From IMG/VR virus record IMGVR_UViG_3300037067_021710: a stretch of 64,000 nt of DNA; one strand, written 5' to 3'. Shown in pieces: positions 41,148 to 51,114 of the stretch; position 1 is the first letter of the stretch; every line of letters starts with the position of its first letter. Below the pieces are notes generated by a model, which searched no databases, had not been told where the DNA came from, and worked only from the letters and a program-made list of their open reading frames with translations. Position numbers and translations under genes: made by a program. The DNA comes from a virus (taxonomy: Duplodnaviria > Caudoviricetes).

Positions 41148-41978
41148 TTATTTGTTTGCTTCTTGCAAATTTAGTAATTCTAATCGAACGGCTTCTAATG
41201 TTTTTAAAAACCATTGTTTTCGTTTTCTACCATAAGTACTATATTGAGCTATTTTCCCGTTTTTCTTACGTTCTTCTTGAAATAATTTATCTGCAAACTT
41301 TTCCCCTAATCGCAAGTTTAAATCAAAAGCTAAAAGTCGTACTAGGTCATCCCCCTTTGTTGGGCAGTAAGCTGAAATTTTAAAAATAAATTGAGTAACA
41401 TGATTTAACAAATAAAGCCTATTTTCATAGTCATCAATTTGGTCATAACTATTTTGAGATTGCTTGTCTTCATGATAAGAATTTCCATCACTATGCTCAT
41501 CATCAAATTCCCAATTTAACGAAATATCTTCTTGAAGTCTTTCTTGTTTATTAAAAATTACCTGTTTTATTTTAGAAACTAAATATCCACCAAATGAAGC
41601 ATACATTCTAAAATCATTTCCATCAGTATACACATTTGGAGTAAAATATTTATAATACTCCTCAATCACAAAAGAAGCTGCATTTTCTGCAAAATAATTA
41701 ATATCCTCTTCACAAGTTATATATGAAGAATAATATTTTTTAATTAAACTTTTAGCATAAATTATGAGGTATTTAGCTAATTCATTCAAATATTTAATAT
41801 TTTTACCACTATCAAAATAACTATCTTGCATAATCATTAAAGTTCGTTCGATTTTTGGTATATTAGAATATGAAATTCCACATTTTGGGCATACCATTTT
41901 TGTTTTTAACCAAGACATTTTTTCTTTTTCAGTTATATAAAATTTATGAGAACAAAAATTGCACGTAGATAATCGCAT
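41148..41978 (-). CDS. Zinc-ribbon protein with a sigma-factor-like region 2
   Basis: CxxC...CPxC; SFGGYLVSKIKQVIF followed by DISLN resembles sigma regions 2.4 and 3. Confidence 0.4.
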   Translation of the reverse strand: MRLSTCNFCSHKFYITEKEKMSWLKTKMVCPKCGISYSNIPKIERTLMIMQDSYFDSGKNIKYLNELAKYLIIYAKSLIKKYYSSYITCEEDINYFAENAASFVIEEYYKYFTPNVYTDGNDFRMYASFGGYLVSKIKQVIFNKQERLQEDISLNWEFDDEHSDGNSYHEDKQSQNSYDQIDDYENRLYLLNHVTQFIFKISAYCPTKGDDLVRLLAFDLNLRLGEKFADKLFQEERKKNGKIAQYSTYGRKRKQWFLKTLEAVRLELLNLQEANK

Positions 41979-41985
41979 AAATTAG

Positions 41986-44900
41986 TTATACCTTTTCTAT
42001 ATATTTTTTAAGTTCATCATTACGAGCTTGAATAGAGGCTAATTCTATTTTCCATTCATTTGGATGGTTTTTCCAATAAGCCCATGATTTTCCAAACCCC
42101 CATATTTCTCCTAATTTAGTATCTACAGTTAACTGAACTTTATTTTCTCCTTTATTTTTATAATATGGATAAGACATCCATCTTTCTGAAATTTCTATTG
42201 CCTCTTCAATTTCAGGTATATAGAATTCACTAACTATTGAATCATGTACATTATTAAGTATACGAGACTTCATATTTTTTTTCTTAAATTCTTTTCTAAT
42301 ATTCCCCATTGCTAAAATTGTAGTTTGCCCAGAAGTTCCCTGAATCGGAGCATTTATACTTGCATTAACTTGGTTACTTAAAATAGATTTCATTTCACCA
42401 AGATATTTTTTCATGAACATATTACCAAAATGTTCTTCTAACGTTTTACAAGTTCTATAAGTGAGTCTTGGAAGGCGTCGTTTTCTACCATACATTGTAG
42501 TCACATAGCCATGAGTTCCACAAAACTTTTTGTATTCATCCATATATTGTTTATATTCTGGGTAAGCATCATAAAAAGCTTCTAATAATTGCTCAGCTAC
42601 TTTTGAATCTATTTTTAATTGTTGGCCTAATCCGAAGCCAGTACTTCCATAAAAAGCAGAAAAATTAACTGTTTTTATTTCACCCCTAAAAGATTCAAGA
42701 AGTTTTTCTTCTTGGCCTTCAATTTTTGTTTTATTATATAATCCTTCATAGGTTAAATCGCAGTCATCAAAAAAAGTATAAAGATCAAATTTATCACCAT
42801 AATGTTCATATAATTTTCTTTCACTCACAAAACGAGAACTCATCCAAGTAGCTATAGTAAATCTGTCTAGAACTTCTGCTACTTTGGCCCCAGTATAACA
42901 ATGCATATCTTTATCATTAAGAATTAAATCTTCAAGGGGGCCTTTTCCAGAAATTTGAGATCCAATTCTAATTTCCATAGCTTGATAATCTTGCTCAACT
43001 AATACAAAACCTTCAGATGGAAGAAAGATTTTTCTAAAACTAGGAGTTTTTGGCATATTTTGAAAATTAACCGTAGCATTTAACCCACCACCACCAGACA
43101 TTCTACCAGTTTTTGTTCCGTATAATTTATACCCACCATAAAGACGCCCTTTATAAATAGAGGCTACAAATCCTTTTTTACTAATCTTTATTGCTTCATC
43201 TTCGATTTCATCAGCATCTTCAATATTTAGAAATTCAGGAGTTTCTTCATCTTCTTTTTCACTAGTACTATTATTTAACTTTATACCAAATTGAGAAAGT
43301 TCTTTTGTAAGATGATTATACACGATAATTTTCTTAGCAAAATCAAGCCCAAAATCAGCATAACAATTCATTGCTTCTTTATTAACTTGAAAGGTTCCAG
43401 CTTTTGTTTTAAATTTTTGTTTTTCAGATTCAGGTAACTTCCTAAATTTAGAAAGGTCATTTAAAAAGTTAGCAACTACTTCACCTAATTGCAAATTACT
43501 TTTTAAATTAAATTCTTTATTTGCTAAGGTATAAATTTCACTTTTAAGGCCTAAAGCTTGAATTTTTAATGACTCTGCATATTCATCTAATTCTTTTTTG
43601 TCAATTTGAGTTCCAGTCATTTCAATATCAGTAATCATTTCAACTGCAGGCATCATTCGTTGGTAAAAATCTTCTTTTACACAAGAATCTTCTAAATCTA
43701 ATCTTCTCAAAAAATATGTATATAATTGATACGTTATTATAGCATCATAACAAGCATATTTAACTAAAATATCTGTAGGCATTTGAGAAAAATCAGCGAC
43801 TTTATGCTCTTTTAATTTATAGTCTTTAACCCATTGTTTTTGCTCAGCTTCATACCCACCTTCAGTTGTATAAATCCAAGCCAAAGCTTTTAAACTATTT
43901 GGACTATTTTCATTTAAAACATGAGCTGCTAACATTGTATCAAAAGTACATTTGGCTTCACTAATTCCTTTTGCTCTAAGAAATTTTAAGTCAAATTGTG
44001 CATTTTGATAAATCCAAGTAATTGCTATATTTGAGAAAAAAGAATTTAAAAGTGCTTTATCAATTTTATCAAAAGGCAAAAAATATCCAGTTATACCATC
44101 ATAAGATAAAGAAATATTATGCAAAGTATCTTCAAAATAATTAAATCCACTTGTTTCAGTGTCAATAGCAATTGCAGTAATAGATTTATTATTTATAAGC
44201 TCTTGTATAAATTTATTTGGGTCATCAATATAGGTAAATTTTAATTCTTGTTTTCTAATTGGTCTTTCATTTGTAGCTTTTATTGCTCTTATAAGCTGGT
44301 CTTTGGACCATTTCCATTCGTAATTATCAAATCCCTGAGTTTTATAAAGAGGGGCAATCGGAAATACTTTACAATTAAATTCTTTTGAATATAACCAGGA
44401 GTCATCAATCATCCAATCTTTTAAAGGATTGTTTTCGCCAAGTTCAGATTTATTAATAGGAACAAAAAAATGCCCACCAACATTTTTTTGTTTAATAGCT
44501 TCAACAATTTTAAACATTGTATTTTCAGTAATAGAATATATTGCTCTACCAGTAGTAACAATAATTTTTGGAGCAATAATATCTATAATTTCTTTTACAT
44601 TTTGTTTTTTACAAGAGACATAAGCCCCAGCAGCCTCATTAATTTTATAATCTTCACTTGCACAACCAACAGCATGAATAACACCATAAGTAAGTTTATG
44701 AACTCGAAATAAATTATCACAGTATTTATAAAAAGGCTTTGTCTTTAAATCCTTTTCTGGATGTTCTAAAAGAAGTAAAACATCAATTTTAGTTTTAGAG
44801 CAATAATTATAAATTTCTTCTGTTCCAATTAGTAACTTAACTAAATTAGCTTTTGAATTAAAAACTCTTAATTCACGAGCTCGACGCAAAGTATCTTGGC

Positions 44901-45108
44901 AGGCTTTCGCTCCTAAAGGGCACCAACATAGCCCTTCTACATAATTTTCATGGGGTTGTTTTTTTGACTTTAATGGAGCTGGAAGTTTTTGTTGGTTGAA
45001 ATTTAAAGGTTGAGAAAGTTGAGAAAGTTCTTGTACAGAACTTTTTTTAATTTTTAAAGAAGATTTTTTTACTTCTTCAGGTTTTTTTTGCTGAAATAAT
45101 TGGGTCAT
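41986..45108 (-). CDS. Family A DNA polymerase with an N-terminal UDG-like domain and 3'-5' exonuclease
   Basis: IDTET, NAQFD, YACYDA; TKTGRMS, DYQAMEIR, KTVNFSAFYG, NAPIQGTS, VHDS; N-terminal PKIIVTTGRA. Confidence 0.92.
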   Translation of the reverse strand: MTQLFQQKKPEEVKKSSLKIKKSSVQELSQLSQPLNFNQQKLPAPLKSKKQPHENYVEGLCWCPLGAKACQDTLRRARELRVFNSKANLVKLLIGTEEIYNYCSKTKIDVLLLLEHPEKDLKTKPFYKYCDNLFRVHKLTYGVIHAVGCASEDYKINEAAGAYVSCKKQNVKEIIDIIAPKIIVTTGRAIYSITENTMFKIVEAIKQKNVGGHFFVPINKSELGENNPLKDWMIDDSWLYSKEFNCKVFPIAPLYKTQGFDNYEWKWSKDQLIRAIKATNERPIRKQELKFTYIDDPNKFIQELINNKSITAIAIDTETSGFNYFEDTLHNISLSYDGITGYFLPFDKIDKALLNSFFSNIAITWIYQNAQFDLKFLRAKGISEAKCTFDTMLAAHVLNENSPNSLKALAWIYTTEGGYEAEQKQWVKDYKLKEHKVADFSQMPTDILVKYACYDAIITYQLYTYFLRRLDLEDSCVKEDFYQRMMPAVEMITDIEMTGTQIDKKELDEYAESLKIQALGLKSEIYTLANKEFNLKSNLQLGEVVANFLNDLSKFRKLPESEKQKFKTKAGTFQVNKEAMNCYADFGLDFAKKIIVYNHLTKELSQFGIKLNNSTSEKEDEETPEFLNIEDADEIEDEAIKISKKGFVASIYKGRLYGGYKLYGTKTGRMSGGGGLNATVNFQNMPKTPSFRKIFLPSEGFVLVEQDYQAMEIRIGSQISGKGPLEDLILNDKDMHCYTGAKVAEVLDRFTIATWMSSRFVSERKLYEHYGDKFDLYTFFDDCDLTYEGLYNKTKIEGQEEKLLESFRGEIKTVNFSAFYGSTGFGLGQQLKIDSKVAEQLLEAFYDAYPEYKQYMDEYKKFCGTHGYVTTMYGRKRRLPRLTYRTCKTLEEHFGNMFMKKYLGEMKSILSNQVNASINAPIQGTSGQTTILAMGNIRKEFKKKNMKSRILNNVHDSIVSEFYIPEIEEAIEISERWMSYPYYKNKGENKVQLTVDTKLGEIWGFGKSWAYWKNHPNEWKIELASIQARNDELKKYIEKV

Positions 45109-45110
45109 AA

Positions 45111-45338
45111 TTATTCTATAATTAAATCACCTTTTTTCAATTCAAGAGGAGTAAAATCACCTTTTAAAGCATTTGCAGTTTGAAAACTAAAAATAGTATC
45201 TTTTTCATGAAGCTTAATATTATTACCAGAGGTTAAAACAATATTATATAAATTACCCCAAAGATCCTTACCAATATTCTCAATTTTTAAAATTCTTGAG
45301 CATTTAAACTTAGTAGATTTTTCGGTAAACATTGACAT
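45111..45338 (-). CDS. Small protein resembling part of a Hint/intein fold
   Basis: LYNIVLTSGNNIKL...PLELKKGDLI. Confidence 0.35.
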   Translation of the reverse strand: MSMFTEKSTKFKCSRILKIENIGKDLWGNLYNIVLTSGNNIKLHEKDTIFSFQTANALKGDFTPLELKKGDLIIE

Positions 45339-45388
45339 AAGTTTTCCTTATAAATTAATAATACAAAACTAAGAGAATTTATAAACAA

Positions 45389-45892
45389 TTATAAATTTTC
45401 AAAAACAGAATAATCTTCAACTACTAATTTACGAATTTTAACATCACATTCTTTAGCAAAAGTTAAACTTTCGGGGTCTGTTTTATCATAATCATATAAA
45501 TAAACAATTTCCTTTATTCCGCTAATAATCATTAATTTTAAACAATCTTGGCATGGAGATAAAGTTTGGTATACAATTGCTCCATCTAATGAAATACCCT
45601 CTTTAGAAGCTCCTCCGAGCAGAGATTGCTCACTATGAATTTCATATTTTAATGAAAAATTATGGTGGGCTTCTCTCCATTCCTCATGAGTAGCAAAATG
45701 GTCTGGGCAAAGAAGTATATTATCATCGCAGTTAATGAATCCGGGAGGTGTCCCATTAATTCCTGTATATAAAATATGACCCTTTTTAACAGCAACTGCT
45801 GCTACTTTAAAGCTCCTACAATGAGACTGTTTAGAAGCCAAAACAGCTATTTTCATAAACATTAAATCATACTGTTGTTTTTTTGTTTTCAT
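45389..45892 (-). CDS. dCMP deaminase
   Basis: TGINGTPPG, EIHSEQ, TLSPCQDC; likely start MKTKKQ. Confidence 0.88.
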   Translation of the reverse strand: MKTKKQQYDLMFMKIAVLASKQSHCRSFKVAAVAVKKGHILYTGINGTPPGFINCDDNILLCPDHFATHEEWREAHHNFSLKYEIHSEQSLLGGASKEGISLDGAIVYQTLSPCQDCLKLMIISGIKEIVYLYDYDKTDPESLTFAKECDVKIRKLVVEDYSVFENL

Positions 45893-46589
45893 ACCACTCC
45901 ACCATATTATGTAATAGTTGAAAATGTTTTTCATAAATGTGAGCTGTATTAGCTATATAAATTAAAGAGTCTGGTTTTAAATTTGGGTAATATTTTACTA
46001 ATTCACAAAAAAGTTTATTATATACATGGCAGTGCCAAAATAAGTCTGAAAAAAAGCCGTATATAAGATCCATAGATCTTTGATTAACAATATAAATTAG
46101 CTTATCATCTCGTATAAAATGACTTGTAGCAAAAGTACACATAAATTCCTGCATTCCATCTCTACAATAATCGTACTGCATCGAAGGTCTATTATAAATC
46201 ATACAAGATCGACGTGACTCTTTATTTCGTTTTAATTCTTCTAAAGCATTAGAAAATTGATAATAATTCTCCTTTGAAAAAATACACCATCCATAATTCG
46301 AATTTATATTTCCATGTTTATCAGCAATCTTTTTCCATAGGCCAGCTATATTCCCAATAATGTCTACACTTAATGATTGAGATTCATACCACTTTATTTC
46401 TTCTTCACAATATTTAATTGGAGTTTTTCTAACTCCAAAATCAAGAATGGGTTGTGTAGGGTCTAGTTCAATTTTAAAACCTAAAATTTCAACAGTTTTG
46501 CTTCCACTTTTATCAATAACAAAGTCTTCAGCAAGAAGTTTATTATTTAAGGCTTTAAATATTGGATATAATCTGTTTTCATTTGTCAT
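45867..46589 (-). CDS. dCMP hydroxymethylase-like (T4 gp42 family)
   Basis: DKSGSKTVEI, INSNYGW, SRR, IYNRPSMQYDY, EFMCT, RSMDLIYGFFSD (Asp at the cytosine-specificity position), HIYEKHF; start revised to MTNENR. Confidence 0.85.
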   Translation of the reverse strand: MTNENRLYPIFKALNNKLLAEDFVIDKSGSKTVEILGFKIELDPTQPILDFGVRKTPIKYCEEEIKWYESQSLSVDIIGNIAGLWKKIADKHGNINSNYGWCIFSKENYYQFSNALEELKRNKESRRSCMIYNRPSMQYDYCRDGMQEFMCTFATSHFIRDDKLIYIVNQRSMDLIYGFFSDLFWHCHVYNKLFCELVKYYPNLKPDSLIYIANTAHIYEKHFQLLHNMVEWYENKKTTV

Positions 46590-47781
46590 ATGAAAATAGC
46601 CCTTTAATGTCTTTAATAACATTATCAGAAATTGATTCAAATGAACTTTCTTTTTTCACAAATTTTTTCATTTTAATACTTGAATCACTCATATTATCTA
46701 AGGCCAAATTTAATTTTTCACATATACTTTCTGGGGCTATAGGAATATCACAATAATATTCATATTTTGATCCACCCCTTTTTGCATATTCAAAAACTTT
46801 TGGCATTATAATAGTATTTTCACAATAAATAGATTCAAGATTTGCACACCCACCATATCTCTCTATATTATATAAATGAACACTAACCTCAGCTTTCCAT
46901 AGCAATTCAAAATATTCTTGCCTATTTAATGGGTGGTCTTTATAAATTAAAACATTTTTTACATTTTCTTTTAACCATTCAGAAGAATATTTTCCAGATG
47001 GGTTTGTAAATATAACTTGAAAATCATTTCGCTTTTCTGCTAAAAGATTTATTGCTTGTATAAACTCTTCGTGATGAGTATAATTTATTCCTGATAATCT
47101 ATTTAAGAATAAAATCGTTGGTTTATCAAATTTCTCATCAGTTTTATATTTATCAGCTTCTTTAGTAGAAAAACCAAAATCCCATATGGTAGATTTATTT
47201 TTTATAGCACTAGTATATTTACCATTAAATTTCTTTCTTGCATTTTGAATAAAAGCTTTTTTTGTAGATTTACAAGTAAAAACAGCTAAATCACTGCATT
47301 CAAATCCATCGAACTGACGCCAATCATAAGAAATATTTTTGTCTATTTTTTCTTCCCCTATTTCAGGGGCATCTAGCCAATAGCAACAGGAAATTAATTT
47401 TGTTTCTTTGCTCTTATACCATAAATAAGTTTTAATATTTCTTGAAAGTTCTGTTATATTATTCCAAACTACATCAATTTTTGGTAATGGCTTAAACATT
47501 GAGTCAAAATCACCAATATTAAAATGTTGGCGATTGAAAAAAGCATCCACAATAAAATTATAAGGTACCCAATGAATTCGTTCATTAGAGTCTAAAAGTT
47601 CATCATAAGATTTTATATCAGCAAAATCGTTTAATGGGGCAATTAATATATAAAAATGCCAATCAGTTTTTTCAAGAAGCTCTCTTAAAATTCCGCCCAT
47701 CATATTAATATTACTATCAGAAGAAATCCATTTTCCTTCATTATTATAAATTGACTGCTGCAAAATATATAATATATTCAT
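46579..47781 (-). CDS. GT-B fold glycosyltransferase (putative DNA or nucleotide glycosyltransferase)
   Basis: ILFLNRLS, YFELLWKA, ERYGGCANLESI; overlaps the hydroxymethylase gene. Confidence 0.6.
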   Translation of the reverse strand: MNILYILQQSIYNNEGKWISSDSNINMMGGILRELLEKTDWHFYILIAPLNDFADIKSYDELLDSNERIHWVPYNFIVDAFFNRQHFNIGDFDSMFKPLPKIDVVWNNITELSRNIKTYLWYKSKETKLISCCYWLDAPEIGEEKIDKNISYDWRQFDGFECSDLAVFTCKSTKKAFIQNARKKFNGKYTSAIKNKSTIWDFGFSTKEADKYKTDEKFDKPTILFLNRLSGINYTHHEEFIQAINLLAEKRNDFQVIFTNPSGKYSSEWLKENVKNVLIYKDHPLNRQEYFELLWKAEVSVHLYNIERYGGCANLESIYCENTIIMPKVFEYAKRGGSKYEYYCDIPIAPESICEKLNLALDNMSDSSIKMKKFVKKESSFESISDNVIKDIKGLFSYDK

Positions 47782-48278
47782 TAAATAAACTCCAAAATAG
47801 TTGTAATTTGATTCTCTAAATTTTCATCTGTAGTATCTAAAAATAAAACTGGGTTTACTGACTCTTTAAAAAATTTTTGGTAAGCTTTTTGTACATTTTT
47901 AATATCTTTTTTTTGTAAATATTCATCAATATAATTTTTATATTCAGTTTTATAGCAATAAATATAATGTAAATTTACTTCTCTAAATTTTTTATCTTGC
48001 ATAAAAATAAAATCTAAGTCAGTAATTCTTCCAAGTCCTTGAGAATAAGCAAACTCACAGCAGTCTCCGCGATCTCGTATAACAGAATACCTTGTTTGCT
48101 TCAAGAAATTAAAAAAGAAAGAAGATTCATAATGTAAGGCTTCATAATAATCTCTATTAAAATTGTGCTCCATAGGGTTTTTGAAATATGGTATTTCTAA
48201 CCGTTGACTAAGTTCAGTTGCTATTGTAGTTTTTCCACTCTTATCTACTCCGCCAAATACTATGGTAATTTGTCTCAT
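47781..48278 (-). CDS. Thymidylate-kinase-like P-loop NMP kinase
   Basis: GGVDKSGKTT, IRDR, EFAYS. Confidence 0.75.
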   Translation of the reverse strand: MRQITIVFGGVDKSGKTTIATELSQRLEIPYFKNPMEHNFNRDYYEALHYESSFFFNFLKQTRYSVIRDRGDCCEFAYSQGLGRITDLDFIFMQDKKFREVNLHYIYCYKTEYKNYIDEYLQKKDIKNVQKAYQKFFKESVNPVLFLDTTDENLENQITTILEFI

Positions 48279-48835
48279 TTTATAGCTTCTCGCAATTTTT
48301 TGGCTTGTTCATTATAGGCATCAACTCCAACATTATATGAGAAAGCTGCTGGGTGATAAAAAGTTTTGTACGGAATTTTTATATCACTACTTTTTATGAA
48401 AGCATTTGCTTCAGCCCCAAAACTTAATATAACTTTAGGCTTTATTATATCTAATTGAATATTTAGAAAATTTCTGCAATTTATAATTTCTTCTTTATTT
48501 AATTTTGAATTACTAGGTGAAGAGCATTTACAAATATTAACAAAAAACATCCTATTCATTATAAAGTCTTTTCCAAAAATATTTTCAACATATTTTCCTA
48601 CATTACAAATTAACCAATTCTTTTTATATGTTTCTAAAAATTCTTGACTTTGAACTTCAGTATATGAATGTTCTAAGCCAGGATTTCTCATTAGCATAAA
48701 AATATCAAGTTTTTCTGGATCTCCATAGTAAATATGTGGGTATGGAATTGGAGTAACTTCCCTTAATCTAGTACATACATTGCAATTTAATATAGCCTTT
48801 TCGAGTCTTTGTAATTGTAATAATTTTGAAGACAT
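48275..48835 (-). CDS. Uracil-DNA glycosylase family 4/5-like protein (Fe-S Cys pattern)
   Basis: CNVCTRL, RNPG, NICKC, C..FL..QLDIIKPKVILSFG, YHPA. Confidence 0.75.
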   Translation of the reverse strand: MSSKLLQLQRLEKAILNCNVCTRLREVTPIPYPHIYYGDPEKLDIFMLMRNPGLEHSYTEVQSQEFLETYKKNWLICNVGKYVENIFGKDFIMNRMFFVNICKCSSPSNSKLNKEEIINCRNFLNIQLDIIKPKVILSFGAEANAFIKSSDIKIPYKTFYHPAAFSYNVGVDAYNEQAKKLREAIK

Positions 48836-49863
48836 TATACTTTTCCCAGTTTAATCATCTCTCTAACCCAAGGAATTACTTCATCACGCAATATATTTTC
48901 TAAAAGTGTTTTAGACTCAAAGTTTAATATTTCTTTAGCTTTAATAGTGTCAGGAATTCTACACTGTACATCATACTTAAAAGGCTTGTCTGAAATATAA
49001 GAAAATTCCTTTTCAGGCTGAATTAAATTCCAAATTATTTTGGCTAATTCTAGTACAGTAAGCCCTCTATTAGTACTTAAATTAAAATCCTCGTTCAAAG
49101 CTTTTTCAGAAAAAATCGCTTTTTCTATTCCATCAGCAAGATCATTAGCTGGAGTATAGTATCGTATTTGATTTCCATCACCTAAAATCCTAAGCGGGTT
49201 TTGCCCCTTAATTATTTTTTGAATAAAATCAACTACTACATGGCTCATTGCTAATTCTATAGTGCCACTCATTACTTTCTCATCTACTTTGGCTTTTTGT
49301 TCTCCCAAACCCACAGCATTAAAGGGGCGTATAATAGTGTAAGGCAAACCATATTGCTCATAATACCCTTGACAAAAATACTCAACAGATAATTTTTGAA
49401 ACCCATATGTAGAAAGAGGAGGAGAAATTTTTCTTTCATCTCCTTCTTTTGAAGGAAATTTAGTGGCAGATTCATAAACCATGCTAGAAGATATTGCTAG
49501 TATTTTTTTTAAGAAGCCTTTTTTATAAGCATAAATTGCTGTTTTAAAAAAAGTAGAACAAATTTCTTCATTTTCTGAAATTAAGTCTCCAGCTAACTTA
49601 TGAAAAAAACTTATACCACCGATCAAAGCGGCTCCATTAACCATAATTTCAGGCTTATAAAACCATACAAGAAATTTCATAAGAAATTTATTTTTAGCAT
49701 CCATATAAAAATGATGATAATTTTTATGGGTATGATAACTTTTTTTTATTTTCCCATATTTCCAATTATTATCAATTCCAATTACTATATGGCCTTTATC
49801 AAGGAGATTTTGAATAGCATATCCAGCAATAAAACCTTTATCACCTGTCCAAAATATTCTCAT
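48835..49863 (-). CDS. NAD-dependent NDP-sugar epimerase/dehydratase/decarboxylase (extended SDR)
   Basis: TGDKGFIAG, SSSMVY, YGFQK, RPFNAVG, GDGNQIR. Confidence 0.88.
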   Translation of the reverse strand: MRIFWTGDKGFIAGYAIQNLLDKGHIVIGIDNNWKYGKIKKSYHTHKNYHHFYMDAKNKFLMKFLVWFYKPEIMVNGAALIGGISFFHKLAGDLISENEEICSTFFKTAIYAYKKGFLKKILAISSSMVYESATKFPSKEGDERKISPPLSTYGFQKLSVEYFCQGYYEQYGLPYTIIRPFNAVGLGEQKAKVDEKVMSGTIELAMSHVVVDFIQKIIKGQNPLRILGDGNQIRYYTPANDLADGIEKAIFSEKALNEDFNLSTNRGLTVLELAKIIWNLIQPEKEFSYISDKPFKYDVQCRIPDTIKAKEILNFESKTLLENILRDEVIPWVREMIKLGKV

Positions 49864-49870
49864 AATACCT

Positions 49871-51106
49871 CTAAAAATAATTTAAAAGTTTTTTATTAAG
49901 TATTCCCCAACCATCAATTACTATTTTATTTTTTAATATAGATAAATCAATGGTATAATATGATTTATGATTTATTGCAATAATAAGTATATCACTATTT
50001 TTAATAACTTCTTGTAGTTCTTTATTATAAAATTTATAATTATTATAAAAATCATCTACAGGGCCATGAGGCAAATTCGGCTCATTAATATATATTTCAT
50101 TTGGAATATATCGATTTATATACCTTATTAATTTTGGGGTTAAATTATCTCGAGTATCATCAGTATCAGCCTTAAAAGTATACCCAAGAATTCCAATATT
50201 TTTATTTTTAATTTTATCTTTAAGAAGGTCAACATAAAATTTTGGCCCAAATTCATTAACTTTATAAGAACTCATTAGTAAATCTGATTGTGAAAAATTT
50301 TCATTTATCATCCCCCAATCTTTTACCAAACAAGTTCCCTTGCTAAATCCAGGTTTTAATAGTCCTTTATTTCGTGGATAATCTTTATTCATTATTTTTA
50401 ATAATGTATATATATCAACTCCAAAAGAATCTGCAATATAAGAAAAATAATTTGGAATTGACATATTTATATATCTAAAAATATTTGTAAATAATTTAGC
50501 TAATTCAGCTTCTTCAGGAGTACATTGGATAATGTCAACTCCAAAAACTGAAAATATATTTTTTGCTCGTAAATACGAAGCCTCATCATAGGTTCCAATA
50601 ATTTGAGGAAGTGTACTTAATTCTTCATAAGCCTTTCCTTCAGCTAATCGTTCAGGGCACATAGCCAAATAAAAATCTTTTCCACAAACCATTTTTGTTT
50701 TATTTTCAATATACTCTTTAATAAATTTTGTGGTGTTAGGAGCTACTGTAGATCTAAGAACTATGAGAATATCTTTTAATATGGCTTTCTGAACTAAATT
50801 ATCAATCACTCCTTTTACTTGAGATAAATCAGTCTCAATATGCTGCATTAATGGGGTTCCAACAGTAATAATAAAAGCCTTACTTTCTGGATACCATAAA
50901 AGAAGAGAAGCATCTAATATTTGTATTTTTGACTTTTCAAGAAGTTTATCATACCCGGGTTCTAAAAAAGGCATTTTTTTATTATTAACAGAATTAATTA
51001 GGTCTCTATTTAAATCAATAGCCTCAACCGCTAAACCTTTTTCTTCTAATGATAAAGCTAAAGGAAGGCCCACTCTACCACATCCAATAATAGTTACATC
51101 AAACAT
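49871..51106 (-). CDS. UDP-glucose/GDP-mannose/UDP-HexNAc dehydrogenase family
   Basis: GCGRVG, VGTP, RSTV, CPERL, ELAKL, GTCLVKD, FKADTDDTR. Confidence 0.9.
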   Translation of the reverse strand: MFDVTIIGCGRVGLPLALSLEEKGLAVEAIDLNRDLINSVNNKKMPFLEPGYDKLLEKSKIQILDASLLLWYPESKAFIITVGTPLMQHIETDLSQVKGVIDNLVQKAILKDILIVLRSTVAPNTTKFIKEYIENKTKMVCGKDFYLAMCPERLAEGKAYEELSTLPQIIGTYDEASYLRAKNIFSVFGVDIIQCTPEEAELAKLFTNIFRYINMSIPNYFSYIADSFGVDIYTLLKIMNKDYPRNKGLLKPGFSKGTCLVKDWGMINENFSQSDLLMSSYKVNEFGPKFYVDLLKDKIKNKNIGILGYTFKADTDDTRDNLTPKLIRYINRYIPNEIYINEPNLPHGPVDDFYNNYKFYNKELQEVIKNSDILIIAINHKSYYTIDLSILKNKIVIDGWGILNKKLLNYF

Positions 51107-51114
51107 AATCTCTC

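Noticed and set aside
45867-46640. Annotation as thymidylate synthase ThyA or dUMP hydroxymethylase
   Set aside because: It has Asp rather than Asn at the specificity position, matches T4 gp42 motifs closely, and ThyX is present elsewhere.
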